Shown here: piece by piece, positions 29,438 through 38,346 of the stretch | Layout of the letters: every line of letters begins with the position of its first letter | Numbering within the stretch: position 1 is the first letter of the stretch | NCBI GenBank assembly: GCA_050250895.1 | Contig: JBFWNU010000007.1 | Span: forward strand, 369,030 to 433,029 | DNA length: 64,000 nt | From: Vulcanimicrobiota bacterium | Lineage (GTDB): Bacteria; Vulcanimicrobiota; Xenobia; Xenobiales; JADMJV01 | Direction of reading: 5' to 3' | The notes under the pieces: model-generated | What the model saw: the letters and a program-made list of their open reading frames with translations, nothing else | Database searches by the model: none | Told to the model about the DNA's origin: nothing | Translations under genes and position numbers: made by a program

Positions 29438-31248
29438 AGCGGTCTGGACTGATCTGGCTTGCGGTAGTCGCCCTCGGCTGGCTGTTGGCGGGAGCCCGCG
29501 CCATCGAGTTTGCCGATCTCCGGTGTTACGATCTGGTGCTTGCCGGGCGACCGCGACAGCCGCTCGATGAGCGCATTCAACTCGTGGTCGTGGATTCTAA
29601 CTCGCAAGAACAGTTCGGACGCTGGCCCTTTCCTCGTGAACTGCACGCCGACCTGATCGAGCGCCTCCAGCAGGCAGGCGCCGCCTTGATTGCCTTTGAT
29701 GTCTCCTTTGCCCACGCCACGGCTCAGGACGAAGTTCTGGCTGCCGCGATGCGCTCGTCGGGGAGAGTCTGGCTGGTGCGAACCTACGAGCGGGATGCCC
29801 AGGGAAACCTGAAAGAGGACCGGTTGGCCCAGCCTCTGGTCGAAGCGGCAGCCGGAATTGCCAGCCCGCGCGTGGTGCGTGACGCCGATCACAAGGTGCG
29901 TCGGGTCAGCCTGGTCGACGACCCGCCACCTCTGGCCAGGCAGGTGGTAGAGGCTTTTACCGGGCAGACTTTCGTGCCCGGCGTGCCGGCCCTGGCCACC
30001 GAGGCTCACCTGGGCGACGAAGCGATTCCCACCTTCGGACCGCGCAATCAGTTGCTGCTGGATTTTGCCAGCGATATCACGCCCAACCTGAATTCCTACG
30101 CCTGGGTGCTGCAGGCCCCACCCGAAGAACTCCAGAGACGTTTCGCGGGCCGAATCGTGCTGGTGGGATCGGGGACCGACTTCAACGACTTTCTCACCGT
30201 GCCCGTGGCCGTCAAGACCCACCCTGACGGCGGCGGGCTTGAGGGCGAGAGGGGAGGGGTCGCCGGTTTCGTGGTCCACGCCCTGGCTATCGATACCCTG
30301 CTTGACCCGGACCCGGTGCGCTGGCAGCCACTCTGGCTCGACCTGCGGCGCCGCCACGACGTGTGGGCCGGGGGATTCACGGTGGGCGCCATTCTCTGCG
30401 GTTTCTTGGGACTGGGGGACCGCGTCTGGTCCAATCATCGGAGCGGACGGCGGGCCCTGATGGTGGCTTGCATTTTTCCGCTGATGACGGCCGGTGCGTT
30501 CCTGGTGACGGGAGTCTTTTGGTTTAGCGCCCTGCCTGTCACGATGGTGGCTGTCTATGGGGCTATCTCAGCTGCTTTTGATAGCCTGCGCGTGCGCGGG
30601 TTGCTCAAGAATTTCATGCCGGCCGAGGATATCGAGGCGATGCTGGCCACCCCCGAGCGGCTTCAAGAGGAACAGCGCTTACAAGAGGTGACGGTGATGT
30701 TCGTGGACCTGCGAGACTTCACGACTTTGAGCGAGAAGGTCGATCCGGCCACCTTGCGGGCGGTGGTGTCAGATTTTCACGATGTGGTGGGACGGGTTTG
30801 TCAGGTCTATGGCGGCTATATTACCGATTTCCAGGGCGATGCTCAGATGATGGTCTTTGGCCTGAGCGAGGCTTCGGCCGACCACGCTCGCTGCGGCCTC
30901 CAGGCCGCGCTGGAACTAAAGCCCCGGCTGGAACAACTCAACGCCCGCCTCGACCCCAGGGTGGCTGCTGCCCACGGCCGCCTGGGCTGGGGCGCAGGCC
31001 TGGCCACCGGCCAGGTTTCGGTGGGCTATCTACGGGGCGGCGGTCATCTCCAGTACACGGTACTGGGCGACGCTTGCAACACGGCCGCTCGCCTCCAAGG
31101 CGTGGCTCGCGATCTGGACACCCTGGTGGTGGTCAGCTACACCACGGCCAGCAATTGCTCAGGTTTCGACCTGCGCGAGCAGGGTCAGGTGCCACTCAAG
31201 GGCAAAGCTGAGCAGCACAGAATCTATTCGCTGACGCACCCTTCTTGA
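29434..31248 (+). CDS. CHASE2-domain class III nucleotide cyclase
   Basis: ATGA overlap with FecR stop; GRWPFPRELHA and IAFDV CHASE2; TM helices; MFVDLRDFT, GDAQM, LGDACNTAARL. Confidence 0.9.
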   Translation: MKRSGLIWLAVVALGWLLAGARAIEFADLRCYDLVLAGRPRQPLDERIQLVVVDSNSQEQFGRWPFPRELHADLIERLQQAGAALIAFDVSFAHATAQDEVLAAAMRSSGRVWLVRTYERDAQGNLKEDRLAQPLVEAAAGIASPRVVRDADHKVRRVSLVDDPPPLARQVVEAFTGQTFVPGVPALATEAHLGDEAIPTFGPRNQLLLDFASDITPNLNSYAWVLQAPPEELQRRFAGRIVLVGSGTDFNDFLTVPVAVKTHPDGGGLEGERGGVAGFVVHALAIDTLLDPDPVRWQPLWLDLRRRHDVWAGGFTVGAILCGFLGLGDRVWSNHRSGRRALMVACIFPLMTAGAFLVTGVFWFSALPVTMVAVYGAISAAFDSLRVRGLLKNFMPAEDIEAMLATPERLQEEQRLQEVTVMFVDLRDFTTLSEKVDPATLRAVVSDFHDVVGRVCQVYGGYITDFQGDAQMMVFGLSEASADHARCGLQAALELKPRLEQLNARLDPRVAAAHGRLGWGAGLATGQVSVGYLRGGGHLQYTVLGDACNTAARLQGVARDLDTLVVVSYTTASNCSGFDLREQGQVPLKGKAEQHRIYSLTHPS

Positions 31249-32243
31249 TGCCGCTCGTTTCCTTTCTTCTGCCTGTTCGCAACGCTTTGTCCACTCTCGA
31301 GGCCGCCATCGCCAGCCTGCGGTGGCAGACTTTCACCGATTGGGAGGCGGTGGTGGTGGACGACGGGTCGAGCGATGGCAGTTCGCAACGGTTGGCCGAG
31401 TTGGCTTCACTCGATGCTCGCTTGCGCGTCTTTTCTCGCCCCCCGGCCGGACTGGTGGCCAGTTTGAACTTTGGCCTGGCCCAATGCACGGGTCGTTTCG
31501 TGGCTCGCATGGATGCTGACGACATCTGTCACCCCCGCCGCCTCGAACGGCAACTAAGCTGGCTCGAAGACTTCGAGGTGGTCGGTTGCGGCACCCGGAT
31601 CTTCCCCATGACCGAGGTTCGGTGCGGCTTTCGGCGCTATCAAGATTGGCTCAACTCGCTGCTCACTCCCGAACAACATCGGCGCGATCTGCTGGTAGAA
31701 AGTCCCCTGGTGCATCCTTCGGTCACACTGCATCGCGAGTGGCTCGAAGCGGTAGGTGGCTATCGCGACCAGGGCTGGGCTGAGGACTACGATCTCTGGC
31801 TGAGATTGACCGAGAGGGGTGCCCGCCTGGTGAAAACCCCCGAGATCCTGTTCTTCTGGCGCGACCGACCCACGCGGATGACACGCACCGATCAAGCTTA
31901 TAGCGCCGAACGCTTGCGGGCTTTGAAGGTGAACTTCTTACTGCGCAACCACCTCGATGCTCAGCGCCAGGCCGTCATCTGGGGGGCCGGGCGTAACGGC
32001 AAGCGATTGGCCCGCGAGGTAGTCCGGCAAGGTGGACGGGTGGCCGCCTTTGCTGACCTTCACCCCGGCCGCATTCATCAACGCATCGACGACATCCCGG
32101 TCTTGCATCCCCAGGCGGTGAGCAGGGCTCCCGAGTTGCTGCACCTGTCGGCTGTCGGTCAGGACGGCGGTCGAGCCCAGGTGCGGCTGGAGGCACGCCG
32201 GCTGGGGCTCGAAGAGGGGAAAGACTTTCTATGTCTGGCCTGA
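31245..32243 (+). CDS. Glycosyltransferase family 2
   Basis: LLPVRN, VDDGSSD, ARMDADD, AEDYDLW; C-terminal IWGAG Rossmann-like extension. Confidence 0.9.
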   Translation: MMPLVSFLLPVRNALSTLEAAIASLRWQTFTDWEAVVVDDGSSDGSSQRLAELASLDARLRVFSRPPAGLVASLNFGLAQCTGRFVARMDADDICHPRRLERQLSWLEDFEVVGCGTRIFPMTEVRCGFRRYQDWLNSLLTPEQHRRDLLVESPLVHPSVTLHREWLEAVGGYRDQGWAEDYDLWLRLTERGARLVKTPEILFFWRDRPTRMTRTDQAYSAERLRALKVNFLLRNHLDAQRQAVIWGAGRNGKRLAREVVRQGGRVAAFADLHPGRIHQRIDDIPVLHPQAVSRAPELLHLSAVGQDGGRAQVRLEARRLGLEEGKDFLCLA

Positions 32244-32305
32244 ACAGCGCAAATGGTGCCCCCGCCAAGCGGGCGAGAGGGGTGAAAAAAAAATCCGCGA
32301 ACTTG

Positions 32306-32331
32306 GGAACCCAGTTCAGGGATCTTGCGTT
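32306..32331 (+). promoter_or_regulatory. Putative ECF sigma promoter of the MNIO precursor
   Basis: GGAAC (32306-32310)-N17-CGTT (32328-32331), 40 nt upstream of the ATG; AGGAGG RBS follows. Confidence 0.5.
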
Positions 32332-32371
32332 AGGATACCCGTAAAGTTCCGAACCATTAGAGGAGGGTTAG

Positions 32372-32896
32372 ATGAATCGAAGAGATTTTACCAAGATGAT
32401 GGCCGCAGCGGTAGCCGGAATGGTTGCCGGAGCCAAGGTGCTGCCTGCCCAGGCGAGCGAAGGCTGGATGTCTGACAAAGACGGCTGTGAAGGCAAAGAC
32501 GGCTGCAAAGGCAAGGACGGCTGCGAAGGTAAGGACGGCTGTAAGGGCAAGGACGGCTGTAAGGGCAAGGACGGCTGCGAAGGCAAGGACGGCTGTAAGG
32601 GCAAGGACGGCTGCGAAGGCAAAGACCACTGCAAGGGCAAGGACCACTGCAAGGGCAAAGACGGCTGTGAGGGCAAAGACGGCTGTAAGGGCAAAGACGG
32701 CTGTAAGGGCAAAGACGGCTGTAAGGGCAAGGACGGCTGCGAAGGCAAGGACGGCTGTAAAGGCAAGGACGGCTGTAAGGGCAAGGACGGCTGTGAAGGT
32801 AAAGACGGCTGCAAGGGTAAGGACGGTTGCGAGGGCAAAGACAAAGCCAAGGATGGCTGCAAAGGCAAAGACGGCTGCGGCGCGACTCGCAGTTAG
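32372..32896 (+). CDS. Tat-exported Cys-rich repetitive MNIO RiPP precursor (bufferin/oxazolin-like)
   Basis: MNRRDFTK twin-Arg motif, AQA cleavage site, then 22 Cys mostly in C[KE]GKD[GH] hexapeptides; immediately upstream of DUF692. Confidence 0.85.
   Translation: MNRRDFTKMMAAAVAGMVAGAKVLPAQASEGWMSDKDGCEGKDGCKGKDGCEGKDGCKGKDGCKGKDGCEGKDGCKGKDGCEGKDHCKGKDHCKGKDGCEGKDGCKGKDGCKGKDGCKGKDGCEGKDGCKGKDGCKGKDGCEGKDGCKGKDGCEGKDKAKDGCKGKDGCGATRS
32477..32882 (+). repeat. 18-bp coding tandem repeat (about 22 units)
   Basis: aargacggctgyrarggy units, varying mainly at wobble positions, encoding KDGC[KE]G. Confidence 0.95.
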
Positions 32897-32940
32897 TCAA
32901 CCCTTAGCAGGCTCAATGGTCATCTGACCAAGCCTACCCG

Positions 32941-32967
32941 AGAAGGCCACGCCAGTGGCCTTCTTTC
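32941..32967 (+). terminator. Hairpin between precursor and DUF692 (leaky terminator or mRNA stabiliser)
   Basis: Perfect 10-bp stem AGAAGGCCAC/GTGGCCTTCT with GCCA loop and a short T tail. Confidence 0.6.
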
Positions 32968-33023
32968 ACGAGCGGCCGGGTTTATGCGGGCCGCGAAACG
33001 TGCATGAGAGCAAAGGAGGCAAG

Positions 33024-33893
33024 ATGGTAGCCAACCGCTGGAATATCCCCGACTATGGGCTCGGCATGGGACTGCGCACGGTGCATTACGAGCATATCTT
33101 GACCCACAAGCCCCAGGTCGATTTCTTCGAGATTATCTCGGAGAACTTTCTCTCGACCCAGGGCCGGCCCTTGCACCTGCTCGATGAAATCGCATCGAAG
33201 TATCGCATTTTGATGCACGGTGTCTCGATGTCGGTGGGCAGCACCGACCCTCTCGACTTCGATTATCTAGGCAAGCTGAAAGCTCTGGCCAACCGCCTGA
33301 AGGTCCCGTTCGTGTCCGACCACCTTTGCTGGACAGGAGTATTGGGGCGTAACACCCACGACCTGTTGCCTGTTCCCCTGACCGAGGATTCGCTCCGCCA
33401 TGTCGCCGGCCGAGTGCGGGTGATCCAGGACTTTCTCGAGCTGCCGGTGGCCCTCGAAAACCCCTCCAACTATCTTGAGTTCAGCGTGTCTCAGATGGGT
33501 GAGGCCGAGTACATGGCCCGCCTGACCGAAGAGGCCGACTGCGGCTTGCTCCTCGATGTCAACAATGTCTACGTCAGCGCCTTCAATCATGGCTTTGATC
33601 CCGACGAGTATATTCAGGCCGTGCCGGTCGAGCGCATCCTCTATCACCACGTTGCCGGTCACACCCACAAGGGGACGCACATCGTCGATACCCACTCCGA
33701 CCATGTAGTCGAGAAAGTGTGGGAGATGTACGAGGCGATGCACATGCGCACGGGTGGACGCAGCACGATGGTCGAGTGGGATGATGACATTCCGGCCTTC
33801 GAGATCGTCCATCAAGAGGTTCTCAAAGCTCAGGTGTACCGCGACCGGGCCGAGGCACGACTGACCGAGAAAGAGGCTGTCGGTGGCCACTGA
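33024..33893 (+). CDS. DUF692 multinuclear non-heme iron oxidase (MNIO; BufB/HvfB-like)
   Basis: GLGMGLR, FFEIISENF, HGVSMSVG, VSDHLCW, HDLLPVP, ALENPS, LLLDVNNVYV, HVAGH, VDTH, VEWD; AAGGAGG RBS. Confidence 0.95.
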   Translation: MVANRWNIPDYGLGMGLRTVHYEHILTHKPQVDFFEIISENFLSTQGRPLHLLDEIASKYRILMHGVSMSVGSTDPLDFDYLGKLKALANRLKVPFVSDHLCWTGVLGRNTHDLLPVPLTEDSLRHVAGRVRVIQDFLELPVALENPSNYLEFSVSQMGEAEYMARLTEEADCGLLLDVNNVYVSAFNHGFDPDEYIQAVPVERILYHHVAGHTHKGTHIVDTHSDHVVEKVWEMYEAMHMRTGGRSTMVEWDDDIPAFEIVHQEVLKAQVYRDRAEARLTEKEAVGGH

Positions 33894-34722
33894 TCAAATC
33901 GATCTACGCGAACTTCAGACCTGGCTGCAGACTTTCATCGTCACCCCTGGCGGCAGCCGCGACGCTATCGAGGCCGCCGAACGGGCCGCCGGCCTCGAGC
34001 AGGGCTCGGTCGAGAGAATGGTTCTGCCCTCGAAAACCCTCTCCCCGCTGCAACGCCTCGAGATCTATCGCGGGATGTATCTGCTGCGGATGGAAGAGGC
34101 GCTCGGCATCGACTACCCGGCCGTGCGTCATCTGGTAGGGGCCAAGGCCTTCTTTTCTATGGTGGCTGAGTACGTAGAGGTCCACCCCTCGAGGTCTTAC
34201 ACTCTGGACCACGTAGGGCGCCATTTCGCCGAGTTTCTGGCTCGGAGCGGCCATCCGCAGGCCGGTTTGCTGGGAGATCTGGCCCGACTGGAGTTCGCCA
34301 TGAATGAGGTCTTCCACGAGCCCGAGACATCGGTGTTGAGCCCTCTCGACCTGGCCGCCATCCCCCCCGATGACTGGGAGTGGGCCCGGCTTGAACCCAT
34401 CGCCGCTCTGCGTTTGCTAGAAACCGATTATCCGGCCAACGAGTATTTCACCGCTTACAACAACGACCGCCGGCCGCCCGCGGATCTTGGTCCCCGGGCC
34501 AACCGGGTGGTGGTGTGGCGTCAGCAGTTCAAAGTCTGGCGCATGCCTCTCGAACCGGCCGCTTTGCAATTGTTGCAGTTGTTGACCTCGGGATTGCCGT
34601 TGGGGCAGGCGCTCGCCGCCACGGCGGCCGAGAGTCCCCTGGTCGAAGACCAGCTCTTTGATTGGTTTAGCTCATGGGTGGGTGAAGGCATGTTCAGCCG
34701 CATCACCACCATCAGGCAGTGA
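33883..34722 (+). CDS. DUF2063 MNIO partner protein (BufC/HvfC-like)
   Basis: RLEIYRGMY..R..EAL..DYPAV..LVG..F, HPSRSYTL, DLARLE, VVWR; overlaps the DUF692 stop. Confidence 0.9.
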   Translation: MATDQIDLRELQTWLQTFIVTPGGSRDAIEAAERAAGLEQGSVERMVLPSKTLSPLQRLEIYRGMYLLRMEEALGIDYPAVRHLVGAKAFFSMVAEYVEVHPSRSYTLDHVGRHFAEFLARSGHPQAGLLGDLARLEFAMNEVFHEPETSVLSPLDLAAIPPDDWEWARLEPIAALRLLETDYPANEYFTAYNNDRRPPADLGPRANRVVVWRQQFKVWRMPLEPAALQLLQLLTSGLPLGQALAATAAESPLVEDQLFDWFSSWVGEGMFSRITTIRQ

Positions 34723-35780
34723 GGGCCGCTTTCGCGCTCTGGCTGGCGATCCTGATGGGGGCGCCGGCCTGGGCCCAGAACCAGGTTGTGGAGAGTTTGG
34801 ACCTCGAGCTGGGCAACTACACCTGGCGGGCCCTGGTGTCGGCCCCCGTCGAGGGGCGCCTGGAAGTCAGTTTTCTGACTGGCCAACGTCTTTTCGCGGT
34901 GGGTCCCGAGCCCCGTTGGGTGGCCATGACCTGCCCCTGGGCGCCCGAGTGGGGAGCGGCTCGACTGGCCTGGCGGGGGCCCGAGGGAGTCAGGCTCGAG
35001 CGCTCGCAAGTCATCCCCATCAAGTTCGCCGTCGATCCTACCGTCGAGGCCGGCGACGACGGCCAGCCTCTGGTTCGATTTGGCTTTCTGGGCACTCCTC
35101 CCGAAGAGGCCAAGCTGCAGGTGCCCCAGGAAGCAGTCCCGCCAGGTGATCCGATTCGCTGGCGGGTCGACGATGCCGAGGGTGTTCCCCTCCACGGCGG
35201 CGGCGAGGTGGTCGCTCGGCTGGCCGAAGTTCGGGCCTATCGGCCTGAGCTGGTGCTCTCCCTCGAGCAGCGGCCGCAGCAGAGCTTTCCCTTAGAGTTG
35301 ACCGACCGGATCGTGCTCGAGATTCCCGACCAGCTGCCGGTAGCGGCGGTGGCCGACTGGATCGACCGGGCGCACCGGCTGGCTCCGCCCCAGGGGGTCT
35401 ACCTGCGGGCTCGCGGACCCCAGGTAGAGCGCCAGGTCTGGCTCGCTTTGCACCATCGGGCCGAGGGGGTGTGGCTGGACGCGATGCCCGAACGCCTGCG
35501 TGACGAAATGGCCCGGGTGGCCGATTATCTCAAGGACGGGCCGGTGGCCGTGCCCGGGGCGGCCGCTCTGTCGATCAGGGTCTGGCGCGGCGACGGGGCC
35601 AGCCTGCTTTCGGTGGTCAATCTTAGCCAGCAAGCTCAAGAAGGCCGGCTGCGCCTGGGGCCTGAGGTGGGCAGGGTTTTTGGGCTTCCCGACGGAGCTC
35701 CAATCGAGCCCGTCGAGGGGGAGTTGATGTTGCGACTTTCGGCCGGAGGAGTCGCTCTCTATATCCTGGAGGCGCGCTGA
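34719..35780 (+). CDS. Secreted hypothetical protein
   Basis: Signal peptide ending APAWA; GTGA coupling to DUF2063. Confidence 0.65.
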   Translation: MRAAFALWLAILMGAPAWAQNQVVESLDLELGNYTWRALVSAPVEGRLEVSFLTGQRLFAVGPEPRWVAMTCPWAPEWGAARLAWRGPEGVRLERSQVIPIKFAVDPTVEAGDDGQPLVRFGFLGTPPEEAKLQVPQEAVPPGDPIRWRVDDAEGVPLHGGGEVVARLAEVRAYRPELVLSLEQRPQQSFPLELTDRIVLEIPDQLPVAAVADWIDRAHRLAPPQGVYLRARGPQVERQVWLALHHRAEGVWLDAMPERLRDEMARVADYLKDGPVAVPGAAALSIRVWRGDGASLLSVVNLSQQAQEGRLRLGPEVGRVFGLPDGAPIEPVEGELMLRLSAGGVALYILEAR

Positions 35781-37636
35781 TGGGTTGGGCCCTGCTGGTA
35801 TGGGGACTTTTGCCTCTGGCCGCCTGCGCCTACAAACCTCGCTTTGGCTACTGGGCCGTGGCCGTCTGGTTGCTGCTGGCTCCCACTGGCAAGGGCCTGT
35901 GGTTGTTGCATGAGCTGGGAATTACTCCGAAAGCTGGTGCCTGGGAGTATCTCTGGGAAGTGAGCAATGGACTGGCGCTGGTGGGTTTCTCTCTGTTGGT
36001 GTGGCCGCGCCTGGCTCCGCTGATCATGGTCGTGCTAGCCGGTTTACTCTCGGTCCTGGCCCTGGGAGACCTGCTCTACTATCGTTATCTGCAAGATTTC
36101 GTGAGCTGCGATCTCTACAGCGGGGCTCCCCAGTTGGTCAGCATCACCGACAGTATCCGCGCCCTGCTCGAGCCGGGCGACGGCTGGCTTTTTGCTGACC
36201 TGGTGCCGGTGGCCATGGCGGCTGGTTGGGCGATCAGGCGAGCCGATGACAAGGTGGAGTGGCGACGTCTGGGTGCCATGGCTCTGGCCGGGTGGCTGAT
36301 GGTCAGCGGCCTCTATGTCGCTCGCATGCCGAGCAGTCAGAACACCTTGCTGGTAAAACGCTTTCGCAACTCCGCCATCCTTAAAGAGTTGGGCCTGCTC
36401 AACTATCACGTCTACGATGTCTATCAAGCCCTCGAGCGCCACAGCGGTGCGCTTGGAGCCTACGAAAAGGATCCTCGGCGGATCGCCGAGGCGCTGCAGC
36501 AAGCGAGGCAGGCCAACCACCGACCCACCGCTCTGCAGGGTGTGTTGCGGCACAAGAACGTCATCATGGTGCAGATGGAGTCCTTTCAGGACTTCGTACT
36601 CGGGCTCGAGGTCGATGGTCAGGAGGTCACACCTTTTCTCAACCGGATGGCCGGCCAGTCGCTACGATTTGATCTGTTCGATCAGTCCCACTATGGACGC
36701 TCGTCTGACGGCGAGTTCGTGATGCTCAACTCGCTCCACCCCCCTCCTACCCGCCCCCTGTGTTACGCCTTTCCGTCCAACCACTATTACGGCTTGCCGG
36801 CCGCCCTCACTTCGGCCGGCTATCGCACCCTGTATGTGGTTCCGTATCTTGGCTCCTTCTGGAACGCGCGCAGGATGAGTTCGGCTTACGGCTTCGCGAG
36901 CGCCAGGTTCCGAGACGACTTGCCGCCGGCCGACTCGGACGAAAGCCTGGGCTGGGGGATGACCGACAAAGCTCTGTTCCGGCGCGTGGTGCGTGAAGTG
37001 TCGGCGGGGGATGAACCGTTCTTTGCTTACGTCGTGACACTCGGGGGACACCATCCCTACGATGAACTCTCGCCCAGCCAGCGCGAACTTCGATTGCCCG
37101 CTGAGCTCGAGGGTTCTCTGTTGGGTGACTACCTTCAGTGCTGCCGTTTTCGCGACCACGCGATCGAGAGCCTGATGGGGCAACTCGAACAGACCGGTCT
37201 GGCCCCGGACACGGTGGTGGTGCTGGTGGGTGACCACGATGCCGGGATTCCGGCCGACCAGTTGGAGAAGATCGGGGTCGAGAAGTTTCCCTGGAGCGAC
37301 CAGATTCCGGCCATCATTTGGGCGCCGGCGGAACTCCAACCCCAACACAGCCATCAACTCGCCGGCCAGATCGACCTGGCCCCAACCCTGGCTCACCTGT
37401 TGGGTGTCTCAGACCCCCGGCTGGTCTTTCTGGGACGCAACCTTCTGGGTGAACCTCGGCAGTGGCTGGTCTCGCGACCCGGGTATCTGGTCGATGGCCA
37501 ACACCGCTGGTTTAGTCTGGAAGACGCGAGCGAGCAGCAGGGCGCCGAACTCATCGAGGCCGGCCGTCGCGAACTCGACATTTCTCAGGCCATCCTACAG
37601 GGGGACCAGATCCCGATGCTAAAGGAGAGGTCATGA
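35780..37636 (+). CDS. LTA synthase family / sulfatase-like membrane protein
   Basis: About 5 TM helices, then NVIMVQMESFQ, GRSSDGEF, FWNAR, HHPY, VGDH, QIDLAPT. Confidence 0.88.
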   Translation: MGWALLVWGLLPLAACAYKPRFGYWAVAVWLLLAPTGKGLWLLHELGITPKAGAWEYLWEVSNGLALVGFSLLVWPRLAPLIMVVLAGLLSVLALGDLLYYRYLQDFVSCDLYSGAPQLVSITDSIRALLEPGDGWLFADLVPVAMAAGWAIRRADDKVEWRRLGAMALAGWLMVSGLYVARMPSSQNTLLVKRFRNSAILKELGLLNYHVYDVYQALERHSGALGAYEKDPRRIAEALQQARQANHRPTALQGVLRHKNVIMVQMESFQDFVLGLEVDGQEVTPFLNRMAGQSLRFDLFDQSHYGRSSDGEFVMLNSLHPPPTRPLCYAFPSNHYYGLPAALTSAGYRTLYVVPYLGSFWNARRMSSAYGFASARFRDDLPPADSDESLGWGMTDKALFRRVVREVSAGDEPFFAYVVTLGGHHPYDELSPSQRELRLPAELEGSLLGDYLQCCRFRDHAIESLMGQLEQTGLAPDTVVVLVGDHDAGIPADQLEKIGVEKFPWSDQIPAIIWAPAELQPQHSHQLAGQIDLAPTLAHLLGVSDPRLVFLGRNLLGEPRQWLVSRPGYLVDGQHRWFSLEDASEQQGAELIEAGRRELDISQAILQGDQIPMLKERS

Positions 37637-38295
37637 CTGTAGATCATCTTTTGAAGACGACCCGCGCGGTCCGAAAACGTCTGGACCTGGAGCGCGAGGT
37701 TCCCGACCAGGTTCTCTATGATTGCCTGCAATTGGCCATTCAGGCCCCCACCGGTTCAAACCAGCAAGGCTGGCGTTTTCTGGTGGTGCGCGAGCCCGAG
37801 CGCCGCCAGGCTTTGGCCGACCTGTATCGCGAGGCCTTTGGCATCTATTCCAAGCAACAGGCCTCGGCGGGAGGCTCCTATAGCGGAGACGATCCTCGGG
37901 CCAAACGCTTGATGCCGGTCATCAAGTCGGCGGTGCATCTGGCCGAGAACATGCATCGAGTCCCGGTGCTGTTGATTGGCTGCGTCCAGGGGAGGGTAGA
38001 GGATCAGGGCCTGTTGGCCCAGGCCTCGCTCTACGGTTCGATCCTACCGGCTATGTGGTCGCTCCAGCTAGCCCTGCGCTCGCGCGGATTGGGCTCGGCC
38101 TGGACCACCCTTCACCTGATGTTCGAAGAGAAAGCCCGCGACTTGCTGGGGATTCCCGACGATTATACCCAGGCTTGTCTGTTGCCGATTGCCTATTACA
38201 AAGGCGAGGATTTCAAGCCGGCCAGCCGACTGCCGGTGGAGAAGGTGACCTTTTTGGACCGCTGGGATCAGCCCTTCCCAGGCCAGGGGAGTTAG
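37633..38295 (+). CDS. Nitroreductase family protein
   Basis: TTRAVRK, APTGSNQQGWRFLVV, LALRSRGLGSAWT. Confidence 0.92.
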   Translation: MTVDHLLKTTRAVRKRLDLEREVPDQVLYDCLQLAIQAPTGSNQQGWRFLVVREPERRQALADLYREAFGIYSKQQASAGGSYSGDDPRAKRLMPVIKSAVHLAENMHRVPVLLIGCVQGRVEDQGLLAQASLYGSILPAMWSLQLALRSRGLGSAWTTLHLMFEEKARDLLGIPDDYTQACLLPIAYYKGEDFKPASRLPVEKVTFLDRWDQPFPGQGS

Positions 38296-38346
38296 ACAGG
38301 AGCGCTCCGCCGGCTCGCCGAACGCGCGGAGCCGGGAGTTTATGCT

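Noticed and set aside
31245-32243. GT2 as a tailoring enzyme of the MNIO peptide
   Set aside because: It is coupled to the upstream cyclase run, separated from the precursor by a distinct promoter, and the repeat core has no Ser/Thr acceptors; no positive evidence
32477-32882. Possible CRISPR array
   Set aside because: Units are contiguous 18-mers with no unique spacers, lie in a coding frame, and no cas genes are present
32357-32927. Alternative-frame repeat ORFs (PLQPSL, SRPCPY, AVLALT, RTAVRA)
   Set aside because: Shadows of the 18-bp repeat; only the 32372 frame has an RBS, a Tat signal and wobble-position variation
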